Positions 56,701-64,000 of a DNA stretch of 64,000 nt are shown one piece after another. The stretch's first letter is position 1. Every line of letters begins with the position of its first letter. The position numbers and the translations under genes were made by a program. The stretch is from positions 305,476 through 369,475 of the IMG/VR virus record IMGVR_UViG_3300005529_000001, one strand, 5' to 3'. The notes below the pieces were generated by a model. It did no database searches, was not told the DNA's origin, and was given only the letters and a program-made list of their open reading frames with translations.

Positions 56701-58348
56701 AGACGCAACCCCCAACAGCGAACTGTTAACGCAGCTACCGATCACCGGATCAGGAAACCCATCTGTCTTTTTTGGTCTTGCTTCAACGGGTGGCCGTGCG
56801 ATTGTTGAGTCGTTCCGCAAACTGCGCTTCGACTACCTGAATCCCAACAACGTGACGGTGAACGGTAGCGCTTCTCCGGGACAGGGGGCTTACTACGGTT
56901 TCGTTACATCATCAGTCTGGTGGGTCGCGACGGGATCCTGGCAACCATTCGTGTCCGCATGTCCCGATGGGATCGTGACGGACGTCTTTTCCCAAGGTAT
57001 CGTCCGCAGCGGGTCCACATTCACGGTCACCAATGGCGGGTTGTATTCATTCCACGCAGGTTTCAATGCCTACGGTAGCGATGCATACATTAGCCTGAGG
57101 TTGAGCAGCTCAAATGGCATCGCTCTGTCAAGGTCAACGTATAGGACCGACCCAGCTGACCAGAACCTAGTAGTCCTGGATGGCATCTTTTCTGCCACGA
57201 TAGGCCAAACATACACGCTGCAATACGTCAGCTCGGGAACGGTCTTTGCTTGGACGGGATCGAACCCACTGCCTGGTGTAGATGCTGCATCGATGCACAC
57301 TGGTGACATCAGCATCTTTTTGGTGAATACCAGCGGCAGCACTCAATGGCTCGATAAGGGTAACGTACTGGTTACGACCGCGAGTGTTAGCATTGATGGA
57401 CAAGCACGAACAGCAATCCAAGGATCTGGGATCGACGCTTATCTGTGGGTAAGCGGCACGCAAAGCATCAGTGGCGCGTGGAATAGCCCATCAGCCGTAA
57501 CGGGTTCAGCTGCACGACGTGCAGTGTTTGGTGGAGACGTGGTCATCTCAGGTACCCTTTCAGTGCTCAGGGGATCACCATTCTCGCCATGGACAACCTT
57601 ACTAGATGTTGATTTCACCGCTCAACCTGCACAGACGCTTAGCTCCGACGGTTTCTATGACATCGCGGGCTTAACTTGGTTCAAATCAAACACTGCGAAT
57701 GAAAATGCTCCTACGACGATCGGATCCGCAGGTTTAACGTTCGCTCCCGTAGCCGCCACAGATTATTCAAACACCACGAGAACGGGGCCGTTGTTGTGGT
57801 TGCCTCTCAGCCAATCGTTGCTGTTGCCCAACCTTGATTGGACATATTCTTTTAGGTTGTGGGTCTACGTGACTGTTGACAACCCATCTGTCAACTTTGA
57901 CGAGTGTATCGTGGGTCTGGATAACAACGGAACCACGTTGTCGATGTTCTTTGCACGTGGCATGGATCCCGCCGGCGGCACAGGTGGATTCATGCGTAAC
58001 ATTGTCAACGGAGCAAACGTCAGCGCACAGAACAACATCAGCTTCACGACCAGCAGTCTAAACAACGTGATGATCATGGAGTGGAACGTCTTGAGCAGGC
58101 AAACAACAGCCACGGTCAACAGCTCTACCCCCAGGTTGTTCACCCATGCAATGAGCGGGACGGTGACTAACAGTTCTTGGCCACCTTACCAGACAAGCAC
58201 GTACCAGAGCATGTGGGACACGTCAACACTGAATCCAGGTACGGTTTTCAACGCATTGGGGGTCGTCCTGGGTGCCGTTCGCGGTGGCGCCGGCGGCACT
58301 CATTATAGCTGTTCAATCGGTAGGATCAAGTTGGATTATCATGCTTGA
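53744..58348 (+). CDS. long tail fibre/adhesin with duplicated stalk repeats, short collagen triplets, a C1q-like domain and three lectin-like modules
   Basis: Repeats SSSIGAD..ASY......DPNAR.L..G..I...D.GPG.TL.I (x2) and TGSLT......YLVG.G.V.ISTNSLGQV..SGSG (x2); GPTGSQGLPGTQG; FTVTNGGLYSF; W.T..D..F.AQ...(R/K)I/L.DY (x3). Confidence 0.8.
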   Translation: MAGNLSDAKQSFFIFVRDPNTNKIERVAIPGDVQVGLKDNPADLTLMGRFAINASEYSITTANAGIINASSDDCIIGIKLISSPLNNKANLLLPQNPREGQLAFVKDMTGTSTSVPVTINPGTGLLIDDKPTALLSASYGSSALAWFDGQWRTIGGGGTGGGGGTITNILGAGGSTVTNVGSVYTVSSSIGVSNVVGTGGSIVVKIGTGTEYQVSSSIGADANASYILVKANANDPNARILSGGVGINILDNGPGNTLVINGITGDGWYTALDVDLTAQGNINPLVDQAYTFTGNPGGTLTKINSSHDDTPSQIISGQGWKVTPSNSNLGLNNGKYSTHTLSSFTIPLANLDSTIDPLTPIRIWVYIASQTQAPQGSGGVGEGQWIYVDDWNGAQYTWSWHCNAGFGGSGNGWYAAIQSPTGAGSTGIVDAYTNPPNVMMLYLPQGIGGRIGYVFRKDIAGNSWPSLATMVPYLYFDQNTLDFNSGTLNAYVLPSAANISWGVTGDPAFSGGSGYSTIISRIRVDYYRAGVGNAGPTGSQGLPGTQGISASWKGTILPHNPYTNVDFSNGIFAGELNSLTASVQIDNSVVATLSGSTFSGPIIATDNPGITGSLTKLRAGLAYLVGVGTVGISTNSLGQVIISGSGGTGTVTSVTASGGSSASHVGTVYTISSSIGADLYASYLIASASAVDPNARVLAAGANITLVDTGPGGTLTIAALAGTGSNVFTGSLTQTGIPGFPYLVGLGSVTISTNSLGQVLVSGSGGGGGGGTVINQIVSASTAGWVTVVDIPFDAQPSQTFTGNSSVTIDGFGFTQLNPANASAAAVVPGTGVQWTNSAVDDIFGGTFSAPVLAIPFQSLFSAYSLPDHDIRIWWWINQDSVTTNFDSAVYGVLLGGTATGFTPTTENITNKKGFLGGAQGYNPQLNINATNYINTDIAGFETYNVQMLQYNRNGRFYAWYIGSGSIINGVDVWPATNQMQLLAAGDATPNSELLTQLPITGSGNPSVFFGLASTGGRAIVESFRKLRFDYLNPNNVTVNGSASPGQGAYYGFVTSSVWWVATGSWQPFVSACPDGIVTDVFSQGIVRSGSTFTVTNGGLYSFHAGFNAYGSDAYISLRLSSSNGIALSRSTYRTDPADQNLVVLDGIFSATIGQTYTLQYVSSGTVFAWTGSNPLPGVDAASMHTGDISIFLVNTSGSTQWLDKGNVLVTTASVSIDGQARTAIQGSGIDAYLWVSGTQSISGAWNSPSAVTGSAARRAVFGGDVVISGTLSVLRGSPFSPWTTLLDVDFTAQPAQTLSSDGFYDIAGLTWFKSNTANENAPTTIGSAGLTFAPVAATDYSNTTRTGPLLWLPLSQSLLLPNLDWTYSFRLWVYVTVDNPSVNFDECIVGLDNNGTTLSMFFARGMDPAGGTGGFMRNIVNGANVSAQNNISFTTSSLNNVMIMEWNVLSRQTTATVNSSTPRLFTHAMSGTVTNSSWPPYQTSTYQSMWDTSTLNPGTVFNALGVVLGAVRGGAGGTHYSCSIGRIKLDYHA

Positions 58349-58360
58349 TGGGAGATCAAC

Positions 58361-59410
58361 ATGAGCGGGATGGGAAAACCAGGCACGGGTAAGATCTGGG
58401 TGTTTGAAACGCCCGGCGTTTGGGCTGGTACATACATTGCCTCGACGGGTCTCGCCAGCGCGCGACCCGCTGCGGCTGGTTCAGGTGCTTTGTACTTTTG
58501 CACCGATGTTCCCATTGTTTATGTAGATGATCCCACGACCGCAACTTGGCAGGGGTTCGATCACAACGGTTACAACGTGGGAGGAGGACCTGGTCCGGTT
58601 GTCAACTGGACGGTTGTTGGAAGCGTTGGCCTTATGTCGACTGGCGACGCAATTCTTTCCACTGCTGCGGTAAACAACTTGTCAAACCAAGTGTTACAAC
58701 CCATACCCGCCGGTGTTACGGGCGCGGGACCTTGGAAAGTCACGTTTACGGGAGAGATGTCTTTTACCCGGGGTGCAACGTTTCCTGAAGTTGGGGTGTG
58801 CGTCTCAAACGGGACAACGTCAGGAACATCAATTGCATTGTTCTGCGGCGCTTACCAGTTCAGCTCTAACAACATGGTTCCGGGTGCATGGCAGGAGACA
58901 CTACACACGCAGACCAGGCCCGCTATCTATTTTGGCGATAACACTTTCACGCAGATGACAGGGCCGTGGTACTTCCGCATCCTGAACGATGGGACGAACT
59001 ACTTGTACCAATACAGCCAGCATCATGGAGCATTTTGGCGAACGTTCTTCAACAACACTGTTGCGGGTGTTGGTTTGACGATCACTGACTTCGGATGGAC
59101 AGTTGGTTGCGTCAACGGTAGCGGTTATGCATCGGCACTGGTCACTGGGTGCAGCATGCAAACGCTGTCGCAGACCGCCATCTCAAACGTGACCGAAGCA
59201 GCGTCTCTCTATACCATCACCACATCAACAGCGCATGGGTTGAACACTGGCGATTCAGTCACCATCACAAGCGTCACGGGGACGGGCACCAATCCTAACG
59301 GCGTTTATGAGAACACTGTCATTGTCACGAACCCGACGACATTCACGCTTCCCGCGGGAGGAGCATTCACCTACACGTCGGGCGGCAACGTGACGTTGAC
59401 CAGCCGCTGA
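58361..59410 (+). CDS. putative fibre tip / receptor-binding protein
   Basis: GGAG RBS; beta-sandwich-like core; C-terminal ITTSTAHGLNTGDSVTI..V.G.....NG motif common in phage tail proteins. Confidence 0.65.
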   Translation: MSGMGKPGTGKIWVFETPGVWAGTYIASTGLASARPAAAGSGALYFCTDVPIVYVDDPTTATWQGFDHNGYNVGGGPGPVVNWTVVGSVGLMSTGDAILSTAAVNNLSNQVLQPIPAGVTGAGPWKVTFTGEMSFTRGATFPEVGVCVSNGTTSGTSIALFCGAYQFSSNNMVPGAWQETLHTQTRPAIYFGDNTFTQMTGPWYFRILNDGTNYLYQYSQHHGAFWRTFFNNTVAGVGLTITDFGWTVGCVNGSGYASALVTGCSMQTLSQTAISNVTEAASLYTITTSTAHGLNTGDSVTITSVTGTGTNPNGVYENTVIVTNPTTFTLPAGGAFTYTSGGNVTLTSR

Positions 59411-59584
59411 TCACTTCTGGGTGACAGGGACGATCTGGAGCGTGGGTTGGGGCGAGCGACGGAAGATCTCTTCGAGAGCACGCTTGCGCATCTCTTCCTT
59501 GCGTGCAATCTCTTCGGCGCTGTCTTCAGCTCCCATGACGATCATATCGTCATCTCCCATCAAGTCGATTACGATTGTCGCCAT
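59411..59584 (-). CDS. small hypothetical protein (57 aa), absent from the ORF track
   Basis: Hand translation MATIVIDLMGDDDMIVMGAEDSAEEIARKEEMRKRALEEIFRRSPQPTLQIVPVTQK*; AAAGGAG RBS; TACTTA upstream. Confidence 0.7.
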   Translation of the reverse strand: MATIVIDLMGDDDMIVMGAEDSAEEIARKEEMRKRALEEIFRRSPQPTLQIVPVTQK

Positions 59585-59703
59585 GTTGAGCTCCTTTGCG
59601 TAAGTATCAGTGACCTGCTAGATCCACCGTAACCACGGTCATGAGGGCTGTACAGGCCGCCCACCGTGGGCTCACTGACAATTCACCGCCTCGCATGTGA
59701 GGG

Positions 59704-61047
59704 TTACAGGGTCAGCTTCGCAAGAATGTTGTCGAGCGACGAGTCAGACAGCTTGTTGTTCTTGCACGCGGACGTGAACCACTCTCGAGCGTTCTTAGCC
59801 CGGTTCTCCCACAGGTTGAAGTAGACCGCGGTCCAGTCGCCGGACTCTTTCACCTGTTCAGCGTAATGCTTGCGTGAACCGTTAGCTTCTTGCCTGAATG
59901 TAGCGACATTGGCATCGATGTGCTGGCAGTACTCGCCGAAGGCTCGCTGCATGTTCAGCAACCTGTCCTGGACGTCCTTGGGAACCAGAGGGATGATGTC
60001 ATCAGCCTTCTCGAGGATGACAGCCTCTAGAGCGTTGCGAACTGACGACGTCACTGTGTCTTTCGACTTGTGAGCCAGCACGTAGGTCTTATTCTTGACT
60101 TTCAACCTCTGGAAGGAGGCACCCGTCTGGACACAGACGACAGCACCCTCGAGCTCTGCTGGGTTGGCCGAGTCGACGAAACATGACAACGAGGCTATGT
60201 CACGGATCTCCCACGTCTTCGGCCGCCGCACGTGTTCGATCCTGAGGCTCTCAATCGGGACCTCACGACCCGTCTGGGTGTGACGAGCGGCCAACAGGTA
60301 GACTCGCGGCTCTGGATAGACAACGACGATCTGGTTGTGAGGCGAGACAAGCTCGAAGACGTACGTCATCTCCTTGTTGAGGTGGATGACCTTATCAGGC
60401 CCGTCGACGACCCAGTCGTGCGGGTACTTGTCGTCTTTTGGGCACAGCAAGTCGGGGTGTGCACACTCCTCACGCATTACGCTGCACTTCGAGCAATGAG
60501 CCCATCCGATGGGACCTGATAGCTCTTCCCGCGTCCTCACAAGCGCTTTGAGGAAAAGCTGTGAGAACGTCATCTCACCGATTTCGAGGTTACCCGCGTT
60601 GATGGGCAAGTCAGCCTCGGGTACAGACCGTGTGCCCGCGTGCCACTTCCCGTGAAGCGGGTCCCAGTAACAGATGATGCAGGTGCCATCGACTTTTTCA
60701 TAGACCCTCAACGAGGGATGTGACCAGTCGATGTTCACAGCGCTGGGATCGCCGAAGTTGTAGAAACGGCACATGGGCCACGCCAGCACTTCGATCTCGC
60801 CAACCCTGATGTCTTTCCAATCACGGTTGGTGAATGATTCCATCATGCTGAACCAATCAAGTTCGACGGGCCGGATGACGAGGCCACGGCACTGCTCGGA
60901 GACGGGGTCGCCATTCTTGGCTAGGATCTGATCATAGTTGAGCGCGAACTTGTCACCCGTTGCGTTGGGCCTTGCACAGACACCGTGCTCCTCTTCGAGC
61001 TGACGAAAGGTGTGGTTGCGAAGGTAGTCCCTGACAAGGAGATCCAT
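59704..61047 (-). CDS. RNA ligase, T4 Rnl1-like
   Basis: LNYDQI, CRG, WPM.RFYN.G, EKVDGT (motif I), TYVFELVSP.NQIVV.Y, EGAVV, LKVKN..Y. Confidence 0.9.
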   Translation of the reverse strand: MDLLVRDYLRNHTFRQLEEEHGVCARPNATGDKFALNYDQILAKNGDPVSEQCRGLVIRPVELDWFSMMESFTNRDWKDIRVGEIEVLAWPMCRFYNFGDPSAVNIDWSHPSLRVYEKVDGTCIICYWDPLHGKWHAGTRSVPEADLPINAGNLEIGEMTFSQLFLKALVRTREELSGPIGWAHCSKCSVMREECAHPDLLCPKDDKYPHDWVVDGPDKVIHLNKEMTYVFELVSPHNQIVVVYPEPRVYLLAARHTQTGREVPIESLRIEHVRRPKTWEIRDIASLSCFVDSANPAELEGAVVCVQTGASFQRLKVKNKTYVLAHKSKDTVTSSVRNALEAVILEKADDIIPLVPKDVQDRLLNMQRAFGEYCQHIDANVATFRQEANGSRKHYAEQVKESGDWTAVYFNLWENRAKNAREWFTSACKNNKLSDSSLDNILAKLTL

Positions 61048-61109
61048 GTCCCAACCCTACCTCACATGCCGGCCAAGATACACTGTGCACACATTGGGTA
61101 CGATTGATC

Positions 61110-61694
61110 ATGGGTTCATCGACGAAGCTCCTGAAGGAGTACATCAGGACCGTCAAGACAACCAAGCCACGTCGTAAGCGATGGGTCTTTGATTTTGACT
61201 ACACCTTAGTCAGGACGGATGCATGCACTCACGTTACCAACTCCGTGGGAAAGAAATTTGACCTTGACCCACACGAGTTCGCGATCTACGAGAGGCAGCC
61301 TGGCGATGTCTTTGACTACACCGATTTCGAAAAACTGATCAACCCACGGCCCATCAAGTGGATGAATCGCATCCTCCACAACGTGTGCGAGCACCACGGC
61401 CATGAGGCAGCGCTAGTGTTGTCAGCCCGGTCGTACAGCGATCCCATCCGCCAGTATCTGGTTGGTGTTGGCCTGGCTGATGTTGAGGTTGCAACGCTCA
61501 ACACTCCAGCACCCGAAGCCAAAGCTGCTTACGTCAGCGAGCTCATTGAGACAGAAGACCTAGAAGAGGTCGAGTTTTTCGATGACAGTCACAAAAACGT
61601 CGCTGCTGTTGCTGCTTTGCGAGCAAAGCACCCGAACGTTGCCATCTTCTCGAGACACGTCATCCACAACCGGATCAACCGGTGTTTGTCCTGA
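61110..61694 (+). CDS. HAD-superfamily phosphatase-like protein
   Basis: WVFDFDYTL (DxDxT), VLSARS, EFFDDS.KN. Confidence 0.8.
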   Translation: MGSSTKLLKEYIRTVKTTKPRRKRWVFDFDYTLVRTDACTHVTNSVGKKFDLDPHEFAIYERQPGDVFDYTDFEKLINPRPIKWMNRILHNVCEHHGHEAALVLSARSYSDPIRQYLVGVGLADVEVATLNTPAPEAKAAYVSELIETEDLEEVEFFDDSHKNVAAVAALRAKHPNVAIFSRHVIHNRINRCLS

Positions 61695-62156
61695 TCAATC
61701 GTCAGTGACGATCGGGATCTCATCATTGAAGAGAGAAGCCAGGTCCAGGCGTGAGTCACCGTCTTCGACGAGCACCACGTCGATGTGCGGGTCATTGTAA
61801 CGCTTCATCGGCAGCATGTTTCCCATCACCCACCCAGCATGGGTGCTGACCTCGGTGCCCGATGCGTTCTGTGGTTCATGCGCCTTGGCCAACCTAACCA
61901 AGTCCAGTCGCTTGCCCTTCACCGAAGTCGGGATCTTACCCGGCTCGACAGCGTCATCATAAGCGTAATCGAAGCCCCTCAGCTCGGCTTCAATGAAGCC
62001 TCCGGGCTCCAACACGAGCTCATGGATTCCGTCAACTTGAACCTGTTCGTTCCGTTCGAGAGCACACGCCCAAACATAGAGCGCTTCGGAACTGGGGAAG
62101 AGGTGAAACTTCCGTCCTGGAGAATTGGGTTTGAGAGTGATTCTGACCTTTTTCAT
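61695..62156 (-). CDS. hypothetical protein
   Basis: 153-aa ORF abutting the upstream gene's stop. Confidence 0.6.
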   Translation of the reverse strand: MKKVRITLKPNSPGRKFHLFPSSEALYVWACALERNEQVQVDGIHELVLEPGGFIEAELRGFDYAYDDAVEPGKIPTSVKGKRLDLVRLAKAHEPQNASGTEVSTHAGWVMGNMLPMKRYNDPHIDVVLVEDGDSRLDLASLFNDEIPIVTDD

Positions 62157-62558
62157 TCACTGCCACTCCATTGAGCCACGTTCTGGTACGTCAGATTCGT
62201 TTTGATAGCTCGACATCGTAACTAGGTCTTGGGCACGCCTGATCCCAAGGGCGTTGGGCAAATCGATCCAAAGCTCCTCTTCTGCCACGGATTTTCGCAA
62301 CAGGTTCAGGTTTACGTTGGTGTCAACGCCAGCGTTCTTTCGCGACTTGGTGATCAACCTTGCCGCGCAGTGATCGCAACAGTGAATTCCCAACGTCTGG
62401 TGACGGACCGTAGCGGCTTGCTTGCAACCGTTGCACGCGCACCTCTCAAGCGTCTGGAGCATCAGCGCGGCGTGCTCAGCAAAGCCCTGTGACAACACGC
62501 CAATCATGTTGTCATTCTTGAGTGTCAGCTTCGTCAGGAGGTCAAACAGCGACGCCAT
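62157..62558 (-). CDS. hypothetical protein with Cys motifs
   Basis: Start moved to ATG 62558 because the longer ORF runs into a tRNA; CACNGC...CCDHC. Confidence 0.65.
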   Translation of the reverse strand: MASLFDLLTKLTLKNDNMIGVLSQGFAEHAALMLQTLERCACNGCKQAATVRHQTLGIHCCDHCAARLITKSRKNAGVDTNVNLNLLRKSVAEEELWIDLPNALGIRRAQDLVTMSSYQNESDVPERGSMEWQ

Positions 62559-62597
62559 CCGATCACATAGTACCCCAATCGAAGGGCTTTTGCAAGG

Positions 62598-62677
62598 TCG
62601 GCCGCGCGGGAATCGAACCCATAGCACATACGCTTATAAGACGTACCCCTCCGACCAGGCGGGTTAGCTCGCGGCCG
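62598..62677 (-). tRNA. tRNA-Ile(UAU)-like gene with atypical D-region
   Basis: CGGCCGC(G)/(C)GCGGCCG acceptor, A73, TACGT-CTTATAA-GCGTA anticodon arm, TGGG-TTCGATT-CCCG T-arm; 25 nt between acceptor and anticodon stem. Confidence 0.7.
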
Positions 62678-62680
62678 CTC

Positions 62681-63379
62681 TCACTTGAGCGCGTTCCGGA
62701 GCTCTATGTTGTCGCCACAGTAAATGTCAAGCTTGTCCAGCCATGCCCGCGACTTCTGCTTGAACATGATGGGCATCTTGGTCTTCTTGTCGTTCTTCGC
62801 CTTGCAAACGACGCCCTCGAATGTCATGCCGGGCAACGTACCAGCCCTGACAGACTCGATGAACTCAGGAGTGACGTCACCTTCATACAGGACCTTGGCA
62901 TGGTCCAGTCCTTCAGCAAGCTTCAGGAACCGCGCTGGCTCCAAGATGCCCTGGGCGAAGGGGGCGATATCAAACAAGGTGACCGTCAGCTCTTCCTGCA
63001 GGTTGTGCATCCCCGCAAAGGAGCTGGGTCCCCAGAGCTCGAAAAAGCACATGGCTCGGTCGATGTTAGCTTCTTGGAGACGTTGTGCTAACGTCTCGCC
63101 GTACTTAGCCTGCACCAGCCCCGGGGCCTGCCCGAAGATGGGATCGGTCTCATCGACCAGCCGGTTGCGAGTGCCAAACTTGTGCCAGCCCTTCTTGCTG
63201 GTCCACTCGGCACGGATGTTGCTGCCGTCGAGCTTGTCGAAGGCAACGATGGGAAGGTGAGATTCAGTTGCATATACGATGCTAGGATATGTTTTCACGA
63301 TAGACTCCGGATCTCTTCGTTCATCAAGATCATAGTTCAGGCGCTTATCACGCCGGCGGTAGTGTTCTCGTTCAGACAT
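62681..63379 (-). CDS. second RNA ligase-family nucleotidyltransferase (Rnl2-like adenylation domain only)
   Basis: FDKLDGSNIR, FGTRN, FFELWG, LFDI, EGVVCK, FKQK. Confidence 0.75.
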   Translation of the reverse strand: MSEREHYRRRDKRLNYDLDERRDPESIVKTYPSIVYATESHLPIVAFDKLDGSNIRAEWTSKKGWHKFGTRNRLVDETDPIFGQAPGLVQAKYGETLAQRLQEANIDRAMCFFELWGPSSFAGMHNLQEELTVTLFDIAPFAQGILEPARFLKLAEGLDHAKVLYEGDVTPEFIESVRAGTLPGMTFEGVVCKAKNDKKTKMPIMFKQKSRAWLDKLDIYCGDNIELRNALK

Positions 63380-63658
63380 TCATGGCTCGTTCGCAATTCG
63401 TGCTAGGACGTCACCGTGACACGCTTTCGGCGCACACCAACATCCCAACACTTTTCCTTTCAGTTCTCGTTTCGCTCTCTCGATGATCTCTGGATGCTGT
63501 CTCAGGTACTCTTCATAACAAGCGATCGCTTCTTCTCGAGTATCTACCTTGACTTCTGCCAAGCTCTTGGGCTTGTCAGAGAATGGGTTCCCCCACTCTG
63601 AGGGCCGTCCGATGTAAACGTCGTACGGTTCCTTCTTGCAATGGACGACAAACTTCAT
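63380..63658 (-). CDS. DUF4326-family protein
   Basis: VVHCKKE.YDVYIGRPS.WGNPF...L.GK.LGCWCAP..CHGDVL. Confidence 0.9.
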   Translation of the reverse strand: MKFVVHCKKEPYDVYIGRPSEWGNPFSDKPKSLAEVKVDTREEAIACYEEYLRQHPEIIERAKRELKGKVLGCWCAPKACHGDVLARIANEP

Positions 63659-63661
63659 CCG

Positions 63662-63745
63662 TACTCACGGTGGGATTCGAACCCACACTCCCTTGCGGGA
63701 ACCGGGGTTTGAGCCCGGCGCGTCTGCCAATTCCGCCACGTGAGC
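63662..63745 (-). tRNA. trnL: tRNA-Leu(CAA)
   Basis: GCTCACG/CGTGAGT acceptor, A73, GGCGGAATTGGCAGACGC D-arm, CCGGG-CTCAAAC-CCCGG, long variable arm, GTGGG-TTCGAAT-CCCAC. Confidence 0.95.
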
Positions 63746-63760
63746 GTGATCTCTGCGTTC

Positions 63761-63949
63761 CTAAGTCTTATGTAGTTTTGGAACAACACGGTCCCAATCG
63801 TAATAGATCACATCAACCCGAGTAAGCCTACCGTCGTCGCCCACCGCGAAAGCTTGGTTTCCCTGTCGGAGCTCGACTTCGCGATTCATCGCGTTCACTT
63901 GTTCCTGTGTCACCTTCCGGCGAGCATGCTTGATCTTCTTGTCTTTCAC
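63761..63949 (-). CDS. small basic hypothetical protein
   Basis: 62-aa ORF with GTG start and GAGAG upstream. Confidence 0.5.
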   Translation of the reverse strand: MKDKKIKHARRKVTQEQVNAMNREVELRQGNQAFAVGDDGRLTRVDVIYYDWDRVVPKLHKT

Positions 63950-64000
63950 TTCAATCTCTCGCTCGCTTTGATCGCCTGTTCGTGACTACTCCCGATCATC

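Noticed and set aside
53744-59410. Diversity-generating retroelement targeting the fibres
   Set aside because: No reverse transcriptase and no near-identical repeat pair differing only at adenines; the repeats are old protein-level duplications.
59607-59703. Short hairpins and CCACCGT repeats downstream of the Rnl1-like gene
   Set aside because: The stems are short and have no U-tract; they may be terminator or processing sites but are not distinguishable from chance by eye.
62559-62627. Extended N-terminus (MLWVRFP...) of the 62157 ORF
   Set aside because: It is the translation of the tRNA T-arm; the start was reassigned to 62558.
1-64000. Genome-wide UGA recoding suggested by the UCA-like tRNAs
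   Set aside because: Many genes end in TGA with ATGA/TGATG overlaps, and very long ORFs (1248-1534 aa) are uninterrupted in code 11.

Overview
The window reads as a 64-kb slice of a large (jumbo-type) myovirus-like phage genome, not a bacterial chromosome or an NCLDV. It is densely coding in genetic code 11, with many ATGA/TGATG overlaps, a T4-like baseplate module (gp25-, gp6-, gp5-like), very large Ser/Thr/Gly-rich tail/fibre proteins, a gp55-like late sigma factor and tRNAs. Left to right: (1) 1-6.5 kb, DinG helicase (cut by the window edge), ClpP, a degenerate GroEL-like protein and hypotheticals. (2) 6.7-25.2 kb, a glycosylation cluster with about 9 glycosyltransferase genes, 2 methyltransferases, a 4,6-dehydratase/aminotransferase/acetyltransferase trio and 2 UDP-sugar dehydrogenases. 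(3) 25.3-31.3 kb, a probable counter-defence/translation island: NadM-Nudix plus NAMPT, a phosphatase, a macrodomain, a Pth2-like protein, a tRNA-binding protein, a (p)ppGpp-hydrolase-like HD protein, and two tandem tRNAs sharing an abnormal 8-nt anticodon loop AUUUCAAC. (4) 31.6-37.1 kb, a Cas4-like nuclease, two GT4s and the late sigma factor. (5) 37.2-59.4 kb, baseplate and fibre genes. (6) 59.4-64 kb, two RNA ligases, a HAD phosphatase, an odd tRNA-Ile(UAU) and tRNA-Leu(CAA). The best leads are the paired 8-nt-loop tRNAs (possible UGA or UGAA decoders) inside a translation-control module, a covarying RNA element repeated in front of both NAD-salvage genes, and a possible virion O-glycosylation system linking the GT cluster to [S/T]GS motifs enriched in the structural proteins. 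All product calls come from motif recognition by eye; no database search or folding program was run, and the host cannot be determined from this window.
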